NCBI RefSeq assembly: GCF_018350175.1
Contig: NC_058368.1
Span: forward strand, 128,218,001-128,282,000
DNA: 64,000 bases
DNA from: Felis catus
Taxonomy: Eukaryota
Direction: 5' to 3'
The translations under genes and the position numbers were made by a program. Positions 38,589 through 50,938 of the stretch are shown piece after piece (the first letter of the stretch is position 1; every line of letters starts with the position of its first letter). The notes under the pieces are model-generated. The model saw nothing but the letters and a program-made list of their open reading frames with translations. It did not search any database and had not been told where the DNA came from.

Positions 38589-41272
38589 GTAATTCTCATC
38601 TTTTTATATATAGGAGGAGTAATGCTGAGTCAAAATCATATACATGAAGTCACTCGGGCAGTTAGGTGTGCTTCAATTTCATTTTACCTTCTTCCACTCT
38701 TGTCTTTTGTATGGTCATTTGCTATTAAGTAAGTAGGAGTAGGGGGAGGTTTCACGTACCTGAAACACACCTGAAACCAAAATGATCATTTGTGGAGGAA
38801 AGGAAATCATGTTTTCAGAACTGTTTTACAGGTACCTTTTCAGATGGGCAGCCTTCCCCCCCCCCCCCACCCATAGAAACAAGAATAAAGGGTACAGAGG
38901 CAGGTAGGACAGGAGATGCATTTCATGAGCATGATGAAATGCTTTTCCTATCTCAAAATAAATAACTATGGTCAGAGAGTAAACTGGGAAGATAGGTCAT
39001 TGCTCAGTTCCTCTGGCCCTTGGCACTGAGACCACGAGAGAAGGTACCAAAATGTACCATGGTGAGATTGCGGGGGCAGAGTTCAGCACTGGACAGAGTT
39101 GACAGAGTTCCTGTGGCCCTGTGGTTCCCGTGGCCATATTTTCCTGAGATCCTATTAGATTTCAAAGTGTTAGTTATAGCAACTACATGTTATTCCAAAC
39201 TTCTAAATTTGTAGTTATTAAAAGATCTGTGGGAAACATTTGTAAGTAAAAGTAGTAACTAAAATAGAAAAAAAAAATTGACATTACACGTAATCCAAAT
39301 ACCACGCCCTCACATACTTGACATGCTTTACCTAATGACAAATCCTTCCAAATCTTCAGCAGATAGTATGTCTTCAACCAACTTTTCCCCACTGTAAGAT
39401 TAACAACAACAAAACCTTTGTAGTACACTTTTAAGTAACAAAATTAATCATTTTGCTTACCAAGGGAAAAGGGAATCTTCACAATATTCAAATCGTGTCA
39501 GTTTTATGTGTTCCCAAAGGAACAAGTGGTGAAGGGAGACTCCCTTTTTTGTGTGATTTAATGTAACCAACAGTAACAGAAGAGACATTTCTGTGTTTTT
39601 TTTTTGTTTGCTGTAATTGACTGAATTCAATGTGAGCTTTGACACCGAGATGAAAAACATAGCAGAAAAAGTCATCTATTGGCAGCCCCACTACCCCCCC
39701 ATCCCCCCACCCCAGGCTTTTTTTTTTTTTTTGAATTGTCTAATTTGTGACCAGCCAGGGAAGAATATTTTTCCTTTGCACAATTTTTTTTAATTAAACC
39801 TTTCTTTATTTGGCAGTGCTGCTACCTATGAGGACTACCTGAGAAGCAAAACTTCTAAGGAAGTGGGTTTCCTAAATGTTGTTCCCTTTACTCCCAGATA
39901 ACATGGATACTCTAGTCTAAAATAGTTTCCTATTCCCTTAATAAAATTCCATTAAAATCCCCTTCAACTCCTATGTCCAAATCTCCATTTGTCAATAGCC
40001 AAGGCCAAGAATACTCTCAACTGAGCCATTTAAGTCAGTTTATGTGTATTTGTCCCAAAATTTCCTACAGAGAGACTTCACATCCAACAGTTTTGTACAC
40101 AACTATCTTACCACCCAAGACAATGGCCAGCAAGCATCCAGCATCTCTGAGTTAGAAGCTTTCACAGCTTCTGTACATTCTCTACGTCAACATGTAGTAG
40201 CCAAGCTACAGGTTGATCCCTGGCCCCTTGACCCTTACAAACACTAAGGGTTTGCTGGACTCAATTTCAAGCTGTTCATCTGTTAGTAGGTAACTTTCAA
40301 CTCAAAACATATTCACGATGAGAGATTTAAGACCGTTGTTGTCATCTACTCCCAGAACTTTAAAAATTGTGACAGCCTGAGACATGTTACTTCTACTTGG
40401 CAATGTTGGGAAGATTCAGATACTTACTACCTGGAACCGTCACACAGACAGGAAACCCTTATACTGTAACAAAGAAGGTCATGGTTCAGCATGATCCAAC
40501 TTGAGTGGATTATGCAGTTTACATTTGTTTCTTTGCCCTATTGAAAATAATGCCATGGTGGAGGAAAGTGAAAAATATACATACCAATACTAACATCTTC
40601 TTTTGCCTCAAATTATTAGTGAGATATGTTAGAGTCTTGCTTCTAGCAACCATCATTCTCAGCTCACCAGGATTTATGTCAGCAGGTTCTGGCTAGGGAC
40701 ACTGTCTTCTGTCATCACTGTTAGTTAGTGTTGGCTATCTCATCTGGCACTAAGAAGTTCACGGTATTCAAGAGTCACCCCAACAGCTCAATTCAGTTCT
40801 TACTCATTTTCTTGATCTCAACTTCATACAGAAGAATTAAGATGATCTGGACAAAAGAAAACTAGTTCAGGAATGCAAATCATTTCTGAACCAACAACTG
40901 TCAGGAAATCTCAAATATCAGAACAGCTACAGTTGACCAAGAAGTGTCCCTTGGACCAAGAAAGATTTCTAGCCCCATAATCTAATTTGTCTGGCCCTGT
41001 CGTTTACATAACCAAACGACTCACTCATGAGATAACCATAAGAAACGCTCAGACCCACCATATTATGTGTTAAACCAGCAGAGACTGACAGTGTATTAAC
41101 CCACTCCAGCTAATGTGAATAAAAAGCTCCATGATTTTCACAGTGCTAGACTCCACCTGAAGATACCAGAGATCTTGGGACCAGTGTGCTGAGAGGCAAC
41201 TGCTAACACTTCAAATGCTGACACTAAAAGCCCGTGTCTTATGTTGTAAACTGAAAGAGAAACAGTTGCTTA

Positions 41273-41392
41273 CAGACACTTGGGTGGCTCAGTCAGTTCA
41301 GTGTGTGACTCTTGATTTCAGCTCATGATCTCACAGTCATGAGATCAAGTACCATGTCGGGCTCTGTACTAAGCACTGAGCCTCCTTAAGTT

Positions 41393-41425
<33 letters not shown>

Positions 41426-41495
41426 GTGCTCCTCTCCCCCATCTGTGGCCTCGCTCTCTACCCACCCCCGCCCCTCTCTCAAAAGAAAAGAAGAT
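41273..41495 (+). mobile_element. Can-SINE inside the PART1-like terminal exon
   Basis: CACTTGGGTGGCTCAGTCAG…GACTCTTGATTTCAGCTCA…(CT)n…AAAAGAAAAG. Confidence 0.9.
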
Positions 41496-41550
41496 AAAGT
41501 GTCAGCAAAAGACTTGTCTCGCTTTAACAAAGCAAAAATAACTACACTTA

Positions 41551-41556
41551 AATAAA
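41551..41556 (+). terminator. Polyadenylation signal of the PART1-like transcript
   Basis: AATAAA lies ~20 nt before the point where similarity to the recalled PART1 mRNA 3' end (…CATGGCTACTAGAAA) stops. Confidence 0.55.
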
Positions 41557-42139
41557 AAGGCATGGCTACTAGAAATTTAAGTCCATAGTTATCAGAGGGA
41601 TGAAGCTCATGTTCTTGATTCAGATAACATGAAACTTCATCTGGGCATATTCATCTCAAATTCAAATTTGCTCTTGGCACATGGGAATTTTTGGTTAGTG
41701 GCTTTTATTGTTGTTGTCATTTGCGAAGACAGGAACTCTAACCAACTAAAGTAATGGAGGCTACATTTTCGGGGTTTTTTCAATTCATCCTCTCCTTAGG
41801 ACATCAATGAACAGATACATACTAATAATACATGGAACAAGATACTAAAAACATATTACACTTAAAATCAACATAAGCCAACAATCTTTGCACTCAATCC
41901 ATAGTCAAAACTCGTTTTCCAGGGAACGAGATCTCCAAAGGGCCAATTTTTCTTTGACCTCATTGTTGGTCAAAGACCTCACTGTTGGTAAAAGTTTATC
42001 AAACTCCACATTACACTACATACACAAAAACTGGCAATTACTTACATTTAGCGAGGGAAAAATGTGCATTCCTAACATTTGATACTAAAACCACCTCTTC
42101 ATTTCAAGCTAAGTGTAAGTATTGCAGCATGGAAGTTGA

Positions 42140-42370
42140 ACACACAAACCGTGAGCCAGGCCACTTGTGTTCAAATATCACTTCTGACTCCTAACTGTGG
42201 ACCCTGGGCAGGTTACCTAATAGCTGTATGCCTCAGTTTCCTTATCTGTAAAATGGTACCACACATAGTTACTACCCCCTAGGGCTGGAATTAGGATTGA
42301 ACAAACAATGCATGCTGAGGACGAAGACTATTACATGGTGAGTGTTCATTAAAAGTGTCATTATTAGTAT
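42140..42370 (+). mobile_element. MIR
   Basis: GTTCAAATATCACTTCTGAC…GGGCAGGTTACCTAA…TGCCTCAGTTTCCTTATCTGTAAAATGG. Confidence 0.8.
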
Positions 42371-42965
42371 TAAGCTAATTGCAATAAGCATACAGAATCT
42401 CCAATATGGAGATAAATTACTAAACACCTAGGTACAATGAAATATATCTACAACATCATATAGCTCATTTTTCCTCAAAACCTCTGAGGTAACAGCTCAG
42501 GGAGATATGTCAGTCACTGTTAATTGTCAATGTTCTGTCTAGTTCTCACTTGACACTTTTAACCCTGCCCTGCATTCAGTTGTCACACCAGGACGCTAAC
42601 CTAGATAATGACATAGAAAGAGTAATTGTAGCAGACATGATTCATGTGATAGTTGGTACAAAGTTCAGGCTAGTTTAAAGATTCCCGCATGAAGGCAAAA
42701 AAATGATGGAAGCCATTAATCTTCAGTCATGGTACCCTAATGAGAAAAGATATGAAAGAAGGAAAAAACCAAGTTACCTATCATGAACATCTGTGCTGAT
42801 TATCCAACTACATGAACCATGTCTAGAGTTCAGGCTGACTTCTCGGCTTAAATATGAGACAACACTGAAGCTAATTATCTCCTTTCCTCCATGTGATGGG
42901 GCATTTCTCAGAGGAGGAGGAAATTAACTGTGATTCCAACAGGCTCATTAAGAAGGTACAGAGCA

Positions 42966-43170
42966 GGGGTGCCTGGGTGGCTCAGTTAGTAAAGCGTCTG
43001 ACTCTTGATTTCAGCTCAGATTATGATCTCACATTTCTTGAGTTCGAGCCCCTCAGCAGGCTCTGTGCTGATAGTGTGGAACCTGCTTGGAATTGTCTGT
43101 CTCCCTCTCTCTCTCTGAGCCTCCCCTGCTCATGCTCTCTTGCCCTCTCTCAAAATAAACAAACATTAAA
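42966..43170 (+). mobile_element. Can-SINE
   Basis: GGGGTGCCTGGGTGGCTCAG…CAAAATAAAC. Confidence 0.93.
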
Positions 43171-46100
43171 GAAGAAGGAGGAGGAGGAGGGTGCAGAGGA
43201 AAAAAAGAACACGCTTGGTGAGGGAAGAGCCAAACTAGGGAAGGACTGTGTACTTCTACCCTCATGATTCATTCATTCATTCATTCATTCACTCATGAGC
43301 TGTCTTGCCCCTTATCCCCCCTCGCTGTCACATAACCGCAACTAACTGCTACTGTTTCTGAGGAAGCACATATTGTCTCACCCAGCTGTGCTGCTGCAGA
43401 GGCCTCCATCTGTCTGCCCTTTCTCAGTACCCTCAACTCCCTCCCAGTGAGCCTCTGCCTACCCACCTCCTGTCCATGGAAGGTGGTAACGGTCTTCTGA
43501 GGAAATCAATCAGTACCATTTATAACATGAATTGGCACTAAAGGATCAATAAGCCGTAGGAAAACTGGGAAACATTGTTAGTTTAGCAAAAAAAAATGCT
43601 TTAAAAATGAAATTTGGGGCACTTTATGCAAGATCCAAAACAAAATCAAGTATTAAGGCTTAACAGACCCACCCACAAACTCTTTGCTGAAGTTAGAGAA
43701 TCATCTCTGGTCTTTCTCAACAAGTTGATAAAGGAACTCAAGGAAACCCACCAGGGTTGCTAGAAATGATTGCATATGTGAAAGTTTTTATGGAGGCTGG
43801 AAGGTAGTTGAGTGAGCTAAGCCTCAATTCTAATCAGCTGCTCCTGGCTGAGGGCTACAAAGGGGAGGAGGGCTCAGATGGGGGGGGTGGGGAATCACTT
43901 CCCCCTTTCCCCTATGCTGGTTCAGCTATAGTATCACTTGTGCCCTGAGGCCTTCTCATTTGTGGCATCCCTGCAGTCCAGGCCTGTGACTCAAGGGACA
44001 GTCACTTGCCACTGGACCGACGTTCAGCAAAGTAGAATGGGAGGGGCTACAGAATTTAGAACACGTGTGCTGGAGGGTAATCTTCAAGGTCATAACACAG
44101 GTCTGGTATGTTTTTAGGCCCTCTCCTACTTCACCTCTCTTCCCTCCTCCCCCTGTCCCCCAAAAATATTTTCCTAACATCCCCAGCTTCCTCCACCAAA
44201 GAGGCCCACAAAGGAGCCTGTCCTCCGCTTCCATTAAAAAAATAATTGTTTGGTGTGCCGTCCCCAGAGCAGCCAGATTAAAACAGCCTGTGCCGGTGTG
44301 ATTAAATGTTTCTGTTATCTTTCAAGTGGCACTTTGTTTTAATAAGGGATCTCTGGAAATAAAGCTGAGAACCAAGAAACAACCACACAGAACATTTCAG
44401 GCCCCTTGGAGCATGAAGTAAAGACATGCAGAAGGCAGGCAGGGCTTTCTGGGCCCTGGGAATCATGCAGGCCCTCTCAAGAACAGGTCAGCCCTACAAA
44501 TACAGGTCTGGTCCATGCAGGACCGCCACTCAGAGTGGGAGACCCTCCTCCAAGAGAGGTAAATAATTGGTGGCTCAAAAGCAGTTTGGCTATGGAGACA
44601 CTTTTGTGATCACCAGCTACTAAAAGAGGCATAGACTGCTCCAAGTCTCACAGCCCATAGGGTTTCTTTCTTTCTTTTTTTTTTTTTTTTTGTGCCCTAA
44701 GAACTTAAACACAGACATCAGAGGAGTGAAAGGAGAGCAGATCCTGCTTGTGTCCCACGTGCATTATAAAATAATACAGTGGCTCTTGAATTTCATGCTT
44801 ATCAGAATTATAGGTGTTAGTTCAACACGCAGACCCTGACTTCCACCACAAGATACTCATCCTGTAAGTCTAGCATGAGGTAGAAATCTGCATTTTTAGT
44901 GGCACACTTGATGCTTGCACCTGCTTGCAAAGCCGGGTGTTTATGGATTCCTCATTAAGAAACATCAAGATAGTGCATGCAAACCTCTTAACACAAAGCC
45001 TGGCACACTGCAAGAGCTCAACACTCACTACCTATAATTATTAATAATCATAATTGATCCCAACATTACATACTCAACTTGGACTTGACCTTTGCTAAAT
45101 GAAATTTGTGCAGGGGCATGGCAGTGCAATAGCAAGCCAGGGCTGGTTTCACACAAGGAAAGAGAAATTTAAACAAAAATGGCCTAATGTGCATCCTTCT
45201 AATGATTCATCAGTCATTGATGAGACCTCTTGAGCCCCAGTTACCACCCCCCTCACCACATGTGGCAGAATCAATAGCTCTAAAAAGATACCATAAGAGA
45301 ATCTGAGGCAATTGTCTATAGACCGGAAGTCCCCTAAGTTAAAACGGTCAAAATACCAGTACTTTCATTTTTCTGTGTCAGACACAGAAGGATCACAAGG
45401 TTATTTGTCTTGGAGGACAAAGCAGGCCCCAAGTAAACAGGAGTTCTGACATGGCTGAGTCCACCAACTTGAGCACAATATAAAAGTGAATCTCAAACCT
45501 GATTGGCTGGTGTGTTCTGTGAGTCTTGGCTCTTTTCCTCTGCTGTCCATGTGGGCCCTCCACAGGTGGCTGGAGACTAACTGTGTCTATTTACACTTGG
45601 AATCACTCCTCATAATAAATAAGACGGTCCTTCAGGAAATCTTCTGTTTAGTTTGCACACTCCCAAGGATAGGACAAAGCTCCGTTGTTTAAGAGCATTA
45701 ATAACAAAAGCTTTGTTCTTCCAAAACCAGGAGGGAAACCAGATCTATCCAAAATCACTTGGTCTTAAACTGCATAAGGATGACAAGAATGAAATATTAT
45801 TTTAGGCTGTCCAACAGCATCATTCCTTCTCCTGGCTTCAGAAAACAATGACTCAATAGGGGCCTTTTCCTGACAGACTGCAGCCCTAGGAAAATACCAT
45901 TCCAGAGATTTGGAACGAGGGTTCTTCCTGCATTTAAACCAATGAAAGCTGTTCAAAGCCCACTTAGTTTTCTCACTTCGAATTGCAGGCAGAGGAACAC
46001 ATCTGTTTGTACTCATATAGTGAAAGTAAAATAGAAATGCTAAATGGAATAAAAAAATCCAAGTAGTTTCTTACCCCATCTCAGGTGCTTGACATGTGTC

Positions 46101-46299
46101 TTATTGCTTGATTCCCTCAACAACCTCTCAGAGGTTGGTATTATACCCATTTTTACCACGAGTAAAAAAGGTTAAATAAATTTCCCTAAGGACACAGAAT
46201 TGATAAGTAGAGCTGGAAAGCAGAATTAAAAGCCTCAAGTCCTACCTGTCAAGGTTAAATGATAACCCCCCCGCCACGTTCCTGTTACTGTAATTTTAT

Positions 46300-46905
46300 A
46301 TAATCTAATTACTGTGTTTCATAACCTGCTTTGTATCACTAAACAATTTTCCACATCATATGGAAAGCTGTGTAATATTTTTATTGACTACATAGGATTT
46401 TCCAGAAGACCTTTACTCTAATTGATTTTACCAGTCCCCTACTAATGAACATTGAAGTTATTTCTACTTTTCTTTATAAATATGCTTTTGCACACCTATT
46501 GTTACATTCATGCAGTTATCCCCCTAAGTCAGTCCTCAACTGAGAATTGCTGGACAAAGAAAGGAAGTATGTTTTCTTTTTACATTTTCACTTCACATTG
46601 CAGTACACATCACTCAGGTGTCCTCCAAAAGGTATGGAATTTGGGCTCTTTCGGCTTTTAAACCTATGAAAGCTACAGGTAGATGCATGCGTATGCCCAT
46701 TTCTTCACTCTCACAGACATACCAAATTCAACCAACTATTTCTATTTCTGCCAAAATGACAGGGGTCAACAATAGCATTGTTATTTTTATTTGCATTTAT
46801 TTCATTATTAGGAAAACGAGACTTCCCCCCTCCCCCATGTATTGGTCATTTACAATTCTTTCAGAAATTAATTATCCCTATCCTTTTTCTACTTTTCTAT
46901 TAGGG
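46300..46905 (-). mobile_element. Degenerate old L1 (L1ME-like) fragment
   Basis: GAACATTGAAGTTATTTC…GAATTGCTGG…ATGCCCATTTCTTCAC…GCATTGTTATTTTTATTTGCATTTATTT. Confidence 0.5.
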
Positions 46906-47791
46906 TCTGACTCCAAAATTCATCAGAAATGCTTTCTCCTGCCTCCTGCTTTCCCACTGTCCCTGCTGCTGTATCAGAAACTTTGATCTATAGCCAAGAA
47001 GACATCAGTAATACACTGCTGGGGTGACTGGTCAAGTTCCATAAAACATGTTCCAAGAAGAAAAACTGGTTAAGCCCAAAGAACAAAAAGCCATAAACTT
47101 CTCGGTTGTCTGCTTCAGAAATAGGTCGTCCCCTGACTTTATCAGCTTTCGTCTCTCTTTTAAAGAACAATGATTCATTTAAACTGAATCTTGCTCTTTT
47201 GCACAGAGAAATTTGAGGAGAGAGGCCAAGAACAGTTTTGAGGAACATCTCCAGAACCCGGAGCTGGAAGGGAACAAAGGGAACCCACACACAATCTGTA
47301 CCCCAGGTAGGGGCAGATCACAGACTAATAGATTCTTTGCACTGAGGCTCATTACACATGTCCTCCCTTAAAGGAAACAGAGGCCCACAGGCAAAAAGTG
47401 ACTTGTCCGAAATTGACTGGCAAATGCCAGTCCCTTGGCTCCCTGGGCAGAGCTCATTTCACTGGAGGATACTGGCCAGAAGTAGACCACAGCCCAAGTT
47501 GAGTGGCCAGAGCATAAAACACTGAATGTGCCTCCCATCGTGCCAAGAGCATCATCACCTTAGGATCAGGCAATTGTGCACAGGGGGCCTGCCTCACATG
47601 CTCAACCAGCCTTTTTTCTTTCTTTTTCTTTGTAGCTGCTAGGGCTGGGCAGAGTTCTGGCTGGCTGTGACTGGAGGACTACAGGGATAATGTTAGGCTT
47701 CCCCCTCCTTAAAAAAGAAGATGACCAAATCCAAAGAACAAATTAGGGCAGCTCTTAGAGTATCCAGCTTTTTCCATACAATATCACTCCT

Positions 47792-48025
47792 GGGGTGCCT
47801 GGGTGGCTCAGTTGGTTAAGCATCCAGCTCTTGACTTCGGCTCAGGTCATGATCTCAGGATTCATAACATCAAATCCCCGCGACAGGTTCTGTGCTGACA
47901 GTGCAGAGCCTGCTTGCGGTTTTCTCTCTCCCTCTGTCTGTCTGGCTCCTGCCCACTCATGCCCACAAGTGTACATGCATGCTTCCCCTCTCTCTCTCCC
48001 TCAAAAATAGACAAACATTAAAAAA
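47792..48025 (+). mobile_element. Can-SINE
   Basis: GGGGTGCCTGGGTGGCTCAGTTGG…AAACATTAAAAAA. Confidence 0.93.
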
Positions 48026-49519
48026 TACTTATTACTCATATAATTAGAGTAGTTTGATCAACTTCTTATGTTCAGATTCAACCAAACCCACGCTCTGAGT
48101 TAAAAGAAAATCTCGCCTGGTCATACGGTGGCCTTTTCCTTCCCAGAAGGGTTTCTGCCTTAGCCCAGCAGAGACCCAAATAGGACCAAAATGTCTCAAG
48201 AGAAAACAGGGCAAAGGCTACCCTCTCTCATCTCAGTCAAGGAAAATACACGGATCAGTAGCCCCGCATGCATTCCCCAGAGGGGACTGAAGATGAGCAG
48301 CCAGCAGCTAGCCAGTGCCATGAGCTCCTTCTGAATAGGACTCCTGCTGGCCCCATCTTGAAGCTCTTACTACTCAAACGAAGGCTATATTCCACTGAAC
48401 ATAGACCCGAGGGAGGCATAAGAGGCAGCCTTGTCCATCATTTCTCAGTTCAAAAGCATTTTCCCTAACTCTTTAGACATCCTGTGGCCTAAAAGAACAA
48501 ATGGTTGACATTGAGAGTTAAGGAACTGAGTAAGCACATCTGGAAAACTGACCTAGGATTCAACATTGATGCCTATTTTGTGCCAGGAACTGCACATGCA
48601 CTGTGCGATTTAATCCCCACCGGGACTTTACAAAGTGGGTGTTGGTATCTAAGAAGGCAGAGGAAACAATAATGAAGGGTTGATTTCTGGGCCCCAGTGA
48701 TTCTTCTAGAAAATCTCATTAACTGTCATTGTAATTTTTTTTTCCACTGTGATTTCAAGCTGTTCTTCTAAAAGACCAAAAGGAAAGCATGGATGACTGT
48801 GTCTCAAATGTTAACCTGTCTTGAAATTTCATTCTTGGCCGCTGAACCATTGGCTCCCCTTAGCTTCCTCCCTGGAAAAAGAGTGATCTCACACTGGTGG
48901 CTCTCTTTGGGAATAGGACATTTCCCATAAGAGAAAATTCTTTCCAAAACTTAGTGCTTATTTTAGGAGAGTTGTGTAGATTCACAGGAAGGGTGATGCC
49001 CCTCAATCAAGGACAAACTCTGCAAGTAAATTTCAGCAACCTCCTGTGCATGAAAGTCTCAAAAAAATAAATAAACAAAGATCCAGACAGGAGAAGTTAC
49101 GTTGGTCCAGAACCAACATTTGTGAACACATCAATTTTCATCTCAAGGGATTCCAGGAGTCTTCATTTGCTGGCTCTGCAGATTGGACTATATGCCATCA
49201 GTTTCTGTTTCTTGAAATATTAATTTAATTTAGGTTAGCCTACTTGCTTCTTTTTTCTCCAAAAAAGATCCAAAGTAACTAATATCTGATTCCAAGGATG
49301 GACATGATACCACTTAGAAATATATAAAATTTACTAATAACACACCTTATGCAAACCTACACTGTACAACACCCAATTCCAAAGGGTATCAAAAATGCCT
49401 TCTGACTTGGAGCTAAGTGCCTACAAAGAATTGAAAAAATACACATTTACTAATTTATATCTATCCAGAAAATAATGGTACTAATACCATGCATGTCTAA
49501 GGAAACTTGCCATTTTCAG

Positions 49520-49757
49520 AACACTTTTACAAATGCTATTTTTTTGGCAGAGAGAGAGAGAGAGAGACAACAAAAGCAAGAGAGAGCAAGTGAGCATGAG
49601 CAGGGCAGGAGCAGAGAGAGAAAGAGAGAGAATTCTAAGCAGGCTCCATGCCCAGCACATAGCCCAATGCAAGGCTGCATCTCACAATGGTGAGATCATG
49701 ACCAGAGCTGAAATTAAGAGCCGGACACTCAACTCCCCGAGCCACTCAGACGCCGCC
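49520..49757 (-). mobile_element. Can-SINE
   Basis: (GA)n…GAGATCATGACCAGAGCTGAAATTAAGAG…GAGCCACTCAGACGCC. Confidence 0.88.
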
Positions 49758-49829
49758 ACCAATACCATTTTAAATGAACCCCAAAATCTCATGGAAGACT
49801 GAGAGGGGGTTTTGTTAACATATTTATGA

Positions 49830-49985
49830 GGGTTTATATGCTGGCATTGCCACTTTTTGGCTGTGTAACCTCAGTCAGGTTACCAAAAGGCTCTGAGTCT
49901 AGCCTTCTCAACTATAAAATATAAATGGTAACTTTTCCTTCCTTTCAGAGTTGATGTGAGACCCAAAGATAACATGTGCCAAAGA
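49830..49985 (+). mobile_element. MIR
   Basis: GCTGTGTAACCTCAGTCAGGTTAC…CTCTGAGTCTAGCCTTCTCAACTATAAAAT. Confidence 0.6.
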
Positions 49986-50938
49986 CACATGATTATGATT
50001 ATGACAAACCAGGACCCATGTAATCATCCCCTCTTACAGCTGAGGCAATGGAGGATAAAGGAGATGAATTTATTTGACCAGTGACTACAGCTACAAAGGG
50101 CCTGAGGTAGGACCAGCTCCCGGGTCTGCACCGTGCCAAACGAAAGGGTTCTCTGCTCTGTTTGAAAACCTGAGGTGTAAAAGTAAAATTATCACCAAAC
50201 GAGGAGTTTTGATCTCTGAACCTTGAAAAAAGTTGATTCACTATTCCAGCAGCAAAGGAGGCAATTAAAATGAAAGTTTTCCGTGCTACTACTATCAACA
50301 GGAAGCAATTTTAATTCAGGAGCATCGCTCTTCTTATTTTGAGGTCATTTACCATGACCGTGATTTGTATCTTTCTTTCGATCGGCTTTCCAAAATTTAC
50401 TAATTCAGGTATCTTGGTGTGGGTCATCTGCCCTTCAACTAAACTGAATATGGTTTCTGAACAAAACAGACCGAAATTAGGAGAAGCTTCCCACCTCCGG
50501 AAAGCTGCTAGGGGTCACTTTGTTTAAATATCACCTTGTTTAAATATCACCTTGCTTAAAATATGCAGCACATCCCTCCAACGCAGTAATAAAGGTCATT
50601 TTAGGACCTTTTGTGGCCTCTGACATGTGACAGGCAGAACTTTTTTATCTATACTTTTCCAGGTCTAGAACTGCTCAGTTCTAGAACATACTTGGGATGT
50701 CTTTTCTTGGAATTTTTTTTTTATTTCAAGTATAAGTAACATACAATGTCTTATTAGTTTCAGGTATACAATAGGATTCAATAATTCTTCACATTACTCA
50801 GTGCTCATCAGGATAAGTGTAATTTTAATCCCCGTCACCTATTTTACCAATCCTCCACCTACCTCCCCTGTTGCAAAAATATCCAATGAGAAAAAAATAA
50901 TCTCTTCAACAAAGAGTGTTGGGAAAACTGGACAACAA

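Larger units (their letters stand above)
39817..41575 (+). ncRNA. PART1: PART1-like lncRNA terminal exon, interrupted by a Can-SINE at ~41273-41495
   Basis: A pyrimidine tract and acceptor CCTTTCTTTATTTGGCAG|TGCTGCT lie at 39816/39817. The downstream ~1.7 kb resembles recalled human PART1 (e.g. GAAGCTTTCACAGCTT, GACCCTTACAAACACTAA, AGAATTAAGATGATC). AATAAA is at 41551-41556. Confidence 0.7.

Noticed and set aside
45400..45640. Possible old ERVL-type LTR fragments (also ~32400-32630, 54240-54545, 55190-55860)
   Set aside because: Similarity is too weak to name or bound by eye and needs a Dfam search.
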